A stretch of 61,490 nucleotides of DNA, counting the filler. It is 7 parts of 7 records of this genome, joined end to end, with 100 filler letters (N's around TTAATTAATTAA, not from the genome) between each part and the next. Parts side by side here need not be neighbours in the genome. Positions count along the whole stretch, not along the records: positions 1 to 11,720 come from SRR31156797_15839; 6 more parts are not named here. One strand, written 5' to 3'. Each line of letters starts with the position of its first letter. Position 1 is the stretch's first letter. Under the pieces are notes generated by a model. The model made no database searches. It saw nothing but the letters and a program-made list of their open reading frames with translations, and had not been told where the DNA came from. Below are positions 1 through 10,100 of the stretch, in pieces. The translations under genes were made by a program, and so were the position numbers.

Positions 1-85
1 GAACTGTAATTGCTCAAGACCTCGTCCATTTAAAGGCAGAAAAATAACGTTGACTGTTCATGGATGACGCAACCTTTTTCCAATT

Positions 86-1216
86 TTATAACCCAAAACC
101 ATTTGCATACCCCGCCGCGGTCCTGGCCCATGAAAATTTTTTTTCTACCGTTCTCCTGGCATTTTTCTGCAATTTTAATTGCAACTTTGAATCAATGATC
201 AGTTTTTCTAACAGGTCCCCCATATCCTTTCCCAAACCAATATCAAATAAAAATCCATTTTGCCCCTGTATTATAACATCGTTGTTTCCAGGAACATTGC
301 TGGCAATTACCGGAAGCCCGCAGGACATGGCTTCCAATACTGAATTGGGCATGCCTTCACAAAAAGACGGATTGATAAAACAGTCAGATTCCCGGTACAG
401 TTTAAGAAGCGTTTTCTTGCATACCCAGCCGTGCCACTTTGTATCTGCTGCCAACCCTGATTCAAGGGCAAATTTTTGAAGGTTTCTTTTTAACGGGCCG
501 TCCCCGGCCATGTGTATTTTTATTGGCCTGCAACTCTTTTTTTTCAGTCTGGCCAGTTGCTCAAACATGGCAAAAAGATTTTTTTGTTCTGACAGCCTTC
601 CAGCAAACATAATCCCAAAGCTCTTTTTATGCTTTTTTCTCAGCAAAGGGGAAAAAAAATTCGTGTCGACTCCATTGGGGATAATGCTTACAGGACAGGA
701 GTCGGCTTTTTCGGAAACCTTTTTTAACCCCCTGGAATTGGCAACAACAGACAGACTCTTTTTATAGACCAACCGTCGTAGCGGAGTGAGAATCCGGTGA
801 ATTTTGTCCAGTCTTTTTTCGTTTCCCGGCACATCGCCCCCCCTGAGAGAAACCACAAAAGGGGTCTTGAACAGCATTTTTGCCCATAGTCCCAGTGGTC
901 CGCATGGAAAGGAAAAAAAAACAATGGCACCTTCAATTTCATGGTTTAGGATAAGACGCGGCATAAAAAAAAAGGCAGAAGTCACAAATGATGCCATTTC
1001 TAATATATTGGATTCCGATATTTTTTTTCGAATGGCCGGGCATCTGAAAATAATAATTCCATCCTTAAAATCATACCCTTGAAGTCTTTTGAATGCGGCG
1101 GTAAGTACAACAACTTTATGCCCCATAGCAGCCAGCTCTTTACCGATATGCCAGGTCGCCGTTGAGGCACCTGCACCGATTGGTGGAAATTCATAGTTGA
1201 TCAATAGAAAGTTCAT
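86..1216 (-). CDS. Glycosyltransferase family 4 (GT-B, RfaB-like)
   Basis: 376 aa; N-terminal 'LINYEFPPIGAG', 'IIPNGVD', 'FAGRL..KN', and GT4 ExxxxxxxE motif 'EGMPNSVLEAMSCGLPVIAS'. Confidence 0.92.
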   Translation of the reverse strand: MNFLLINYEFPPIGAGASTATWHIGKELAAMGHKVVVLTAAFKRLQGYDFKDGIIIFRCPAIRKKISESNILEMASFVTSAFFFMPRLILNHEIEGAIVFFSFPCGPLGLWAKMLFKTPFVVSLRGGDVPGNEKRLDKIHRILTPLRRLVYKKSLSVVANSRGLKKVSEKADSCPVSIIPNGVDTNFFSPLLRKKHKKSFGIMFAGRLSEQKNLFAMFEQLARLKKKSCRPIKIHMAGDGPLKRNLQKFALESGLAADTKWHGWVCKKTLLKLYRESDCFINPSFCEGMPNSVLEAMSCGLPVIASNVPGNNDVIIQGQNGFLFDIGLGKDMGDLLEKLIIDSKLQLKLQKNARRTVEKKFSWARTAAGYANGFGL

Positions 1217-1335
1217 TCTTTATAGCCGGTTTAAGCATACAATCTGAAAAAATACCAGTTTAAGGAAAAGTATTAAAGAAGTGTAAGGGAAGCGGCGAAA
1301 ATTTTTCCCCGAATTTTTTGAAAAAGTGTTTTGAT

Positions 1336-3204
1336 TCAATTTGTCCGCTTTCTGGTACACCATGTACTCAAAAGCCAATAATTCCACAAAAATCCCCTGT
1401 TGTCTTCAGAATTATTTAAATGCCTTTTGTGACTTGTTTCAATGAAATTCGGAGCCAGTATATTTTGAAACGTTTGGGAACTTGAATTGAAAAAAGGTTG
1501 TTTAAGCCATTTGCCCACTGGTATCCCGAATCCTTTTTTGGGCCGGTAAAGAATGTCTCTGGGCAGAACCGGTTCCAGGGCTTTTTTGAGAATATATTTT
1601 GTCTGTCCGTTTCTGAATTTATAAGAACTTGGAATTCTGCGGACAAAATCGACAAGTTCGATGTCCAGAAACGGTGCCCTGACCTCGAGAGAGTTCATCA
1701 TGGATGCACGGTCCAGTTTTACCAGGATATCATCCTGGAGATAAAATCGCGTATAGAATTGCAGGGTCTGGTCAATAAGGTCATCGTTCCGGCAATTTTC
1801 CCAGGCTTCAATAGCCTCTGAATAAAGGTCTTCCAAATCCACCGGTTCTTTAAACAATTGCTCTATGTCACAGGGAGATAAAGGTCCCAGCCAGACGGGA
1901 TTCCATAATTTTTTGGGATAAGACAGTCCCTTTAATGTTCGTTTAAGTTTGAAATCCAGGCTCATATTCCGATGGGAAACCGGCAACTTATTGATTATCA
2001 TCCGGATACCCATGTGAATGGATTTGGGGACTACCGTGGAATACAGTTTGGCAAGCCTTAGGGCATGGAAAGGGTCATAACCTGCAAAAAGTTCATCAGC
2101 GCCGTCGCCGCCAAGGGCCACAGTGACCTTTTTGTGGGTGCTCTGGCAAAGCAGATAAGTTGGCAGAAGGGAGCTGTCTCCCATGGGTTCATCCAGCTTT
2201 GAAATAATTTCCGGAAGCAGTTCCTTAGACTTGTCAAGAGAGAGGCACTCATTATAATGGTTTGTATTTATAAAGGTCGTCGCCATAGATGAATACTTAG
2301 ACTCATCAAAACTTTTTTCATCAAAACTGACCGAAAATGTTTTTAAAGCACCAGGTTCCATGGAGGATGCAGCAAATGCAGCAATACAGGACGAATCAAT
2401 GCCGCCACTTAAAAATATGCCCAGAGGAACATCTGAATCCATCCTTCTTTTCACTGCCTTTGAAATGAGGCTGCGTAATTCTTCACCCCACTCTTCCTCC
2501 GGATTGGCAGGTATTTTCTCAAAGGGTTCTAGGGTAAATTCCCAATATTTTTTAATTTCCAGCTTGCCGGACGATATCCTGTAGATCAGATTGTGGCCGC
2601 CAGGGAGTTTATAAATTTTTTTATATATGGATGCCGGTGATGGGATATATCCATAAGCAAAATATTTTTTTAAACTTTTTACACAAATAGAAGTTTCCAG
2701 AGACGGATGCTGCACCAAGGAAGAAAGCTCGGATGCAAACGCAAAGGTGTTGTTTTGTTTGGAATAGAACAATGGTTTTTTTCCGAACCGGTCCCGGCTG
2801 ATAAATAACAGCTGTTTTTGTTTGTCATAGATAGTAAATGCCCACATCCCATTCAATTTTCCAGGCAGCTTTTCTCCCCATTCCCGATACCCGTGCAGAA
2901 GGACTTCTGTATCAGAATGATGCGTGCCAAATTGATAGCCCTTTTGTTCAAGTGTATTTCTAAGTTCCACATGATTATAGATTTCACCATTAAATATAAT
3001 AATAAGGTTTTTATCCCTGGTGGACATGGGTTGTGCGCCATCTTCAATATCTATGATGGAAAGCCTTCGATGGCCAAAGAATAAACCAATGCCTGTATCT
3101 TGAAAAAAGCCATCGGCATCAGGCCCTCTGTGCTGCAATGCCTGGGTCATTCTTTTAACATCAATTAAGGTGCTTTGCCCTATGCAACCTGCAATCCCAC
3201 ACAT
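1336..3204 (-). CDS. asnB: Asparagine synthase (glutamine-hydrolysing)-type amidotransferase, probably polysaccharide-associated
   Basis: N-terminal 'MCGIAG' Ntn cysteine, 'HRGPD', 'FNGEIYN', 'RDRFGKKPL', 'FLSGGIDSS', 'GGDGADELFAGY', 'EVRAPFLD', 'KKGF'; lies between two glycosyltransferases. Confidence 0.93.
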   Translation of the reverse strand: MCGIAGCIGQSTLIDVKRMTQALQHRGPDADGFFQDTGIGLFFGHRRLSIIDIEDGAQPMSTRDKNLIIIFNGEIYNHVELRNTLEQKGYQFGTHHSDTEVLLHGYREWGEKLPGKLNGMWAFTIYDKQKQLLFISRDRFGKKPLFYSKQNNTFAFASELSSLVQHPSLETSICVKSLKKYFAYGYIPSPASIYKKIYKLPGGHNLIYRISSGKLEIKKYWEFTLEPFEKIPANPEEEWGEELRSLISKAVKRRMDSDVPLGIFLSGGIDSSCIAAFAASSMEPGALKTFSVSFDEKSFDESKYSSMATTFINTNHYNECLSLDKSKELLPEIISKLDEPMGDSSLLPTYLLCQSTHKKVTVALGGDGADELFAGYDPFHALRLAKLYSTVVPKSIHMGIRMIINKLPVSHRNMSLDFKLKRTLKGLSYPKKLWNPVWLGPLSPCDIEQLFKEPVDLEDLYSEAIEAWENCRNDDLIDQTLQFYTRFYLQDDILVKLDRASMMNSLEVRAPFLDIELVDFVRRIPSSYKFRNGQTKYILKKALEPVLPRDILYRPKKGFGIPVGKWLKQPFFNSSSQTFQNILAPNFIETSHKRHLNNSEDNRGFLWNYWLLSTWCTRKRTN

Positions 3205-4160
3205 TTTTTTTCCTCAAAATTTTTCATATTATCAATAAGATAAATACTTTTTTGCTGAGTTTCGTAATAGGTGCGCATAATCATTTCGGCTAAAAGGCCC
3301 ATCAATATACACATAAAAGAAGCCAGCAGGGTCATGGCTGACAGAATCGGTAACGGCGTCAAGATATAAGAGACCCCCTCAACTATTTTTAACCATGTTG
3401 CATATGAAAATGATCCGATGGAAAGTAATAGGCTGAGGAACCCTGCACCACCAAAAACATAAATCGGTTTTTGAGCATAATTATCCAAAAATGTAATGAC
3501 AATTAAATCAAGAAGAACTTTAATTGTCCTCTCAAGGCCATAGTTTGATTTTCCATGAATTCTCGGATGATGCTTTACAGGAATTTCCGCAATGTTTGCG
3601 CCTTCCCAACTGGCATAGATGGGAATAAACCTGTGCATTTCACCATAAAGTTTTACTCCCTTAATAACATTTTTTCTATATGCTTTAAGGGTGCATCCGT
3701 AATCCTTAAGCCTTACACCTGAGATTTTTGATACCAGTTTATTGGCGATTTTACTTACCAAAATTTTTTTAAAGGTGTTGTCTTTCCTGGTTTTACGCCA
3801 TCCGGAGCAGACATCATACCCCTGATCAAGCTTAGCGATAAGGTTTGGGATGTCTCCAGGGTCATTTTGAAGATCAGCATCCATGGGAATAATAATGTCA
3901 CCGGAAGCATAGTTAAATCCGGCCATCATAGCGGCGGTCTGACCGAAATTCCGGGTAAAATGGATTACTTTTACCCGGATATCTTGTTCAGAAAGGGCAT
4001 TCAAAATATGAGCGCTTGTATCGGAACTGCCGTCGTTAACAAAAATAATTTCAAAATCATATTTCATGCCTGTAAGAATTTTGACAGTTTTTCTATAAAG
4101 ATCGTCAATATTTTGTTCCTCATTAAAAACCGGTATCGTGACTGATATCATATTATCCAT
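3180..4160 (-). CDS. Glycosyltransferase family 2, polyprenol-phosphate glycosyltransferase (ArnC/GtrB/DPM1-like)
   Basis: 'IPVFNEE', 'VNDGSSD', 'RNFGQTAA', 'MDADLQNDP', 'LYGEMHRFIP', two C-terminal TM helices; 3' end overlaps the asnB start. Confidence 0.9.
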   Translation of the reverse strand: MDNMISVTIPVFNEEQNIDDLYRKTVKILTGMKYDFEIIFVNDGSSDTSAHILNALSEQDIRVKVIHFTRNFGQTAAMMAGFNYASGDIIIPMDADLQNDPGDIPNLIAKLDQGYDVCSGWRKTRKDNTFKKILVSKIANKLVSKISGVRLKDYGCTLKAYRKNVIKGVKLYGEMHRFIPIYASWEGANIAEIPVKHHPRIHGKSNYGLERTIKVLLDLIVITFLDNYAQKPIYVFGGAGFLSLLLSIGSFSYATWLKIVEGVSYILTPLPILSAMTLLASFMCILMGLLAEMIMRTYYETQQKSIYLIDNMKNFEEKKCVGLQVA

Positions 4161-4482
4161 TAAAGGTAACCCCCATCTTAAATAACATCAAGCCGAAGCC
4201 TTGTTGGAATTTGGATTTTACTACAATCGGCATAGCTCCGCATTGTCGACTACACGCGCTTACCGGCATAACAACTTTAAATTATGTGACTTTTCAAAAT
4301 TTTTCTTTTTGTTGCTTTTTCTCGAAAATCGGAACCGAGAAAAACTTAGTAGCAGAGTGTTTAAACCTGAGTAACCATAGGCCAAATACATCTAGCACGA
4401 AGTCCATGAATACACAAGGCAGTTGATCCCCAACCTTGAAAATAACAACGAGATGAATTGCAATTGTCATACCACTAAAAAG

Positions 4483-7173
4483 CTACATTCGTTGTTTTTG
4501 TTCCAGACTATTCAGTGCCTGTTTTAGTTGTTTGTTTTCGGGAAGGATTGATAGGCCTTTCTTGTAAATATCTAATGCGGCCTTGATATCTGCCTTTGCC
4601 GTAAGCACTATACCAAGATTAATATATGTTTGAGGGTGCTGTGGTGCTTTGACCAGCAGCTTGCGAAGAAATTTTTCCGATTGGTCATATTCTTTTTTCA
4701 TAGCATAAAAGTAGCCAAGCTTAATATATTCATCCACAAGATCAGGATTTAGGCCAATGACAATTTTGAAACAATATATAGCGGGATCAATAAACCCCAT
4801 TTCAAACATCAGGTTACCAACTTTCCTTTGTAAATTGATATCCTTTGGATCTGATTTTGCCGCTGTCATATACATACGCGCAGCTTCTTTTTTCCGGTTG
4901 AAACCAAGATACGCATCTCCAAGCGCCATATTCAGTGAAACTGGGGTGTAAGTTTTATCTATGTCTTGACATAGGGAAGCAAGCAAAGGGTCGTTGATAC
5001 GCCCGAAATGCCCTTCCAATAATTTCATAAATTCTCTTTTCTGATCTATGTTTTGTTGAAGGGTTAAGGGCAATTTCTTTATAATAGCCTGTATACTTTC
5101 AATCCATTGGATCGCATCTGACAAGCGGCCAAATAAAAGCATATACCGAATTGTATTATTAATAAAAGATCCAAAATTCCATAATTTAAAGGCTGAAAGA
5201 CAATTCAGGTCTTCTAATTCTCCCCTGAACTCCGGAATAATTCCATAGGAAGATTTATATCCTTTCCCAGTGCCCTTTTTTAGTAAAATTGCACTGATAT
5301 CAAAAGACAAAAGCGCCCAGTTATGGCTTGAATAGGCATGGTAAAAATTTTCATCCAAAGATATATCCAACAAGGCTTTGTCAATATCAAGGCGGTTTAA
5401 ATATCCGAATGCAAAATTTTCAGCATAATTTTTATAAAAGTCTGGAGTATAGGCAATTGATCTAGAATCAATAAAAACTTTTTTTTCGTCGAACCATTTC
5501 CAAATCAGAAATCCCCCGATGCTGTGGCTGTTTAACACGTTTTCATTTCGGTATTCTTTCAGGATATGGGCCGGCAGAACATCCCTGAACATGCTGTTTC
5601 TACCTATTCCAGGTTCACGAATAGAGATTCCTGTCAGTCTACTAAAATTTTTTTCTTTCCAGAAATAGTAACCCGCGCATCCAACCTGAACAGACAAGAT
5701 TAACGGCAAGGCCCAGAAAAGAAAATCATAAAGCCGAAAGGGCATCTGCGGCATACGGAAACAAACCAAATAAATCCAAGCGATTATACCCGCAATCACA
5801 ATTGAGAAAAAAGTTGAGAATATATGTGAGGTCCCCAGTATATAGAATACCATAACAAAGTAGACAGCTATTCCAAGCCATGGCAGGATTTTTTTAATCA
5901 AACCTGCGATGCGGGTTTGATTCTCAGTGATTTGTTTTAAGATTACAGGTAAATGTGCCGCCATCAAAGGCACGCATACAAGAAAAGGGAAGGCGATTGT
6001 TCTTATATATCCAAACCCTATAAAAAGAGTTGCAAGGGAAGGCAGGATATAGGATAGACGCAACCCTTTAGGGTCGTAAATAAGCGCTGAAAGCAAATAG
6101 GCCATATAAAGCATGGAAAGAATGAATATTGCTTTTGCCGGTAAAATACCGTACACATCAAAGGGCGATTTGTATTCAAAAACGATTTCAGCATCACCTC
6201 CCCTAATAAGACAACGAAACAGTAATTTTATTTGATTTAATATCGCGCTGAACCGTTTATGGAAAGCGCCTTCAAAATTTTTCTGCGTGTTTTCATTAAT
6301 TGGGGGTTTCCCCTCTTCGGGGAGATGTTCGGCAATCTGATCTTCTGAGAAAATTTGAGATAAATTTTTTGCAACTGATGTTATCTCTATATTACGCCAT
6401 TTTTTCAGGGGATTTACAGACCAATTCATCTCCACTATCTTCCAAGAGCACCCCACTACAATAAGCAACACCAGAAGAAAATAAAAATTTTTATTCTTCC
6501 TTTGAAGGAATTGGTCCATCATCTCGCCTAAGAAAAACAATATCAGGACGACGACTCCCACAAGTGCATATCCATGCATATTGCTCCATAAAAGAAAGAT
6601 ACCGGGATATAGTAGAAGCAGCTTAATATTGCGTTCTTTTACGGAAAAATGCCAAATCCAAACTATTATCGGAAGAAAAATCATTGCAAATATTGAATTT
6701 TTCAGCAGATTTTGCTGGTAGGTTCCCATTACAATAAAAATAGATCCCAATAAAGTCCATGTGTTATAAAGATTTCCTGTCAATTTGATAAATATCCATG
6801 CAGGGATGCAAACCACAACGATTCTGAAAAATTGTAATCCGGCTTCACCACCACAAAATTTATGGATACAGTATAAGACAAGATCTCCTAACCAGGTATG
6901 CGCATTGCCTGTCGGCCCACCCACCGGAGAGAAGGTGAACGTACCGGGTGGAGGATATTCACCATTTTCGAAGAAATAACGGCCGCAAGCCAAATGCCAC
7001 CAAAGATCACTCGCCTCAATTTTTGTCAATAAAAGGCACCCGGAAGAGAGTAAAAATAGAACAACAAAAAAGACGAAAGGAATTTCACTCAAATATTTTT
7101 GAAACCGTGAAACTCCATTTTTGTTAATCGTTTGTTCTATGCCATTCATTTGCGGATCCTTAAAATAAGACAT
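4483..7173 (-). CDS. Polytopic membrane protein, putative GT-C-fold glycosyltransferase, with C-terminal TPR repeats
   Basis: Many hydrophobic segments; 'DLWWHLACGRY' after TM1, 'WSNMHG', 'FIDSRS'; C-terminal ~140 aa of TPR-like helices ('ALGDAYL..EAARMY', 'YIKLGYFY', 'YINLGIVL..ALDIYKKGL..P'). GT-C assignment is inference. Confidence 0.65.
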   Translation of the reverse strand: MSYFKDPQMNGIEQTINKNGVSRFQKYLSEIPFVFFVVLFLLSSGCLLLTKIEASDLWWHLACGRYFFENGEYPPPGTFTFSPVGGPTGNAHTWLGDLVLYCIHKFCGGEAGLQFFRIVVVCIPAWIFIKLTGNLYNTWTLLGSIFIVMGTYQQNLLKNSIFAMIFLPIIVWIWHFSVKERNIKLLLLYPGIFLLWSNMHGYALVGVVVLILFFLGEMMDQFLQRKNKNFYFLLVLLIVVGCSWKIVEMNWSVNPLKKWRNIEITSVAKNLSQIFSEDQIAEHLPEEGKPPINENTQKNFEGAFHKRFSAILNQIKLLFRCLIRGGDAEIVFEYKSPFDVYGILPAKAIFILSMLYMAYLLSALIYDPKGLRLSYILPSLATLFIGFGYIRTIAFPFLVCVPLMAAHLPVILKQITENQTRIAGLIKKILPWLGIAVYFVMVFYILGTSHIFSTFFSIVIAGIIAWIYLVCFRMPQMPFRLYDFLFWALPLILSVQVGCAGYYFWKEKNFSRLTGISIREPGIGRNSMFRDVLPAHILKEYRNENVLNSHSIGGFLIWKWFDEKKVFIDSRSIAYTPDFYKNYAENFAFGYLNRLDIDKALLDISLDENFYHAYSSHNWALLSFDISAILLKKGTGKGYKSSYGIIPEFRGELEDLNCLSAFKLWNFGSFINNTIRYMLLFGRLSDAIQWIESIQAIIKKLPLTLQQNIDQKREFMKLLEGHFGRINDPLLASLCQDIDKTYTPVSLNMALGDAYLGFNRKKEAARMYMTAAKSDPKDINLQRKVGNLMFEMGFIDPAIYCFKIVIGLNPDLVDEYIKLGYFYAMKKEYDQSEKFLRKLLVKAPQHPQTYINLGIVLTAKADIKAALDIYKKGLSILPENKQLKQALNSLEQKQRM

Positions 7174-7183
7174 TATTGTTTCG

Positions 7184-10100
7184 TTAGAGTTTCATTATCC
7201 TGGCATATTGCTTTTGCTGGTTTAGAGAATTTTTTATTGAAACTGCAGAATTTTTACCTTTGAAACCGCCTATTAAGATCCTGTGCCATATTCCTTTTTC
7301 TTCTCCTAAATCAACTTTCCTTATGGAGAAATTTTCATTATTCATCATTGAACCGAATTCTTTTTGAAGCAACTTTAATCCTTCAACCGCTTTTGTGTTT
7401 GTTCTGTATGATGCCAGGTGAATTACCGGGGCATTGGTTTTTTCAACGGGCATTATCTTGCTGTAAGGTGAATGAGATTTTATTCTTTTTAAAAGCTTTT
7501 CAGCATTTGATTCCTCTGAAAATTTACCAGCAACAACCCGTTTCCATTTACCCAATTTGGGCCCCAGGTCAACGTTCTGAATTGTAAAGGGCGTATTTTT
7601 CAATAAAGAGGGATATTGGACTCTTAATTCCTTGATGCTCAGCAATGCTTTTTCTCGAGTCCTGAAAGATGTTAAGTGTACACCATTGTATTTGTCGGCA
7701 TCTTTGCTGAAATTTACTACCTTGCAGTATGGGGCAGACATTTTTATGGTTTCTTGTATTTTTTCGATTCCTTTTTTGTTCAAATCTGAACCTACGATCA
7801 CTCTGTACCATACGCCTTTTTCTTCAGATACGTTTACTTTTTTGATTGTGAAGTCAAAATTATCCAAAATACCTTTATATTTTTTCATTAGAAAATTTAT
7901 CCCAGCTGTGGCTTTTTCGGCGGTTCTGTATGATGTCAAGTGAAGACCATACTTAGGAAGTCCAGGTGAACCGCCATCTGTTTCAGCTTTTAGCGGTGTG
8001 GTATTGGAAATCTGAATTTGACTATCAGCAGCAATAAGATCATCTGGTTCTATCTTCTGGGATTTGTTTTTATTCATCTCTCCCATATCTCGTATTGGCG
8101 GTATATCAATTTTATCATGTTTGGGCGCTAAGCTTGTTTGAGAAGGCGACTCATGTACTTCCGACCTTGCCGGTATCTGTTGTGATTCTGCTATTTCAGT
8201 TGCTTTAGAAACTTTTTCCGCCAAATCCACCTTTCGGGATGTCTCAGTTTTTGGGGGCATACCAAATTCAGAAGGAGTTTTCGCATCTGTGACCATTTTA
8301 TTTTCCTTTTTAAGGAAATAATCCATTCCGCTTACAATATCTCCTTCGTCTCCGATTTCAATTTCAATAGGGGTTTTAGTCATACCCTCCGATCGCTTGT
8401 TGTCAGGATCAATGATAACGGTGTACTTCCCCGGAAAAACTTTTTGAAAATAGTAGAATCCATCATGTTCGGATCTCACTTCCTGAACAATTTCTCCTGC
8501 TTCATTAACCAGCTGGACCTTGACATTTGACAATGGTTTTTCCCAGCCGTGATCAGTTTCTATTGATAAAGTTCCATCAATTTCGCCGGTTATTGCGACA
8601 GGTATTTCCATTGTTTGTATGTGTCCGGGTCTTGGAACGATTGACCGCCCAGGCGTTAAGGGTTCCAGAAACGGATCATCCAGAGAGTCTTTTTCCAGGA
8701 TGATATCCGTTGGTTGGTAGGCCTGGGGCATTGAAATCAAAACAACACCATCTTTATCTGTTTTTGCTTGTCTGTGGGCTTGTTTTGCTTTGATTGATGC
8801 CCCTTCTATGATTTCATCACCTTCATCAAACACGGCATTGAGATTTTTATCATGATACACCTTTACTGAAAGTGCTCCTTCATCAGCTATGTTTTTGGAG
8901 GATGCATAAATCTTGTTCGTTCTCGGCTTTTTACCAAAGGATGTTGAAAAGTTTAACATGGCGGTTGCTTCATTATCAGAATTGTATGAGATTCCCGGAG
9001 AAATTGTATATTTACCATTGTCCCAGCTCCAGTCTACTCCCATGGTAGCAGTATAAGAATCGTCGCTTTCGAAATCTTTGGTTAAGTCTAAATGACCGGT
9101 AATTTCATTATTAAACCTGTACAAATTAGATATTCCGGCTTTAGTTAGTTCGGCATTCGGATCAAGTTTATATTCCAAGTATCCATAGGTGGAAAAATTT
9201 CCTAATTTAGCTCTTGCCTTGAATTCTCCTTCCAAAGAGGATGCTTTTTCTGACTTTGTGCTGGTTTGTTCCCAATGCAAAACATTGTTAAGATATAGGT
9301 CTTTGATCTGTGTTGACAGATTAAGTCCCAATTGGTGGTCACGGGAACGGTCTCTTTCGGTGCCCTGATAATAAGCGCTGGTGGAAATGTCCGGAAGTAT
9401 GGAATTTCCTTTAAAAACTCTTCCTGCTGATATGTTGGTTTGGTAATAACTGTTATCAAGCAAATCGTCATAATATTTTTGCTGGACAGTTAAATTGGTT
9501 TTTCCGATGTTGGTTTTTGCCGTGGCTTCTAATCCGTTTCCTCCCTTGATGTCATGGATCAAATTACCACGAAAAAGAATATCTTTATAACTTGCGGTGA
9601 ATCCGGGATTCAAGAACGTATGGCGTTCAGAATTGATTTCCTGGCTTGATATACCAGCTGTTAACGAAAGATTTTTGTTGATACCGTGTTCATATTGGGC
9701 ATTAAGTCTAAGTGACCCTTCATCTACCGTTTCAATTGTCTCATAAGGATCATATAAACTTGAATTTTTTTGGGTCAGGGATAGATCATATTGCCCTTGC
9801 CCCGGTTTTAAAAAATCAGTACCAATATTTATTGTTTTTGTTTCTGTCCTTTCCTGGCCCTGGGGACCATAAAAAAGCAGCTTAAAATCATTTTTCCCAT
9901 AATTAAGTGCAACGTCATTGAATTGATATCGACCATCCGCTCTGACTCTATATGTTCTTAAAAGCGTATTATTTCTGTATAGCTCAACATCCCATCCGGG
10001 TGGCAGGGGGCCTTCAAAAAAAGTAGTGTCAAAATTGCTTGGCCTGTTGATAGTTTCATTGGTGATGCGGAAACCTCTTTCATCCTCGCCGGTCCCGCTA

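Noticed and set aside
60..1082. Short antisense or alternate-frame ORFs over the GT4 gene, and similar shadow ORFs throughout the track
   Set aside because: They overlap well-supported genes and show no recognisable motifs
4211..4426. 71-aa plus-strand intergenic ORF
   Set aside because: TTG start without RBS, antisense to the operon, no motif
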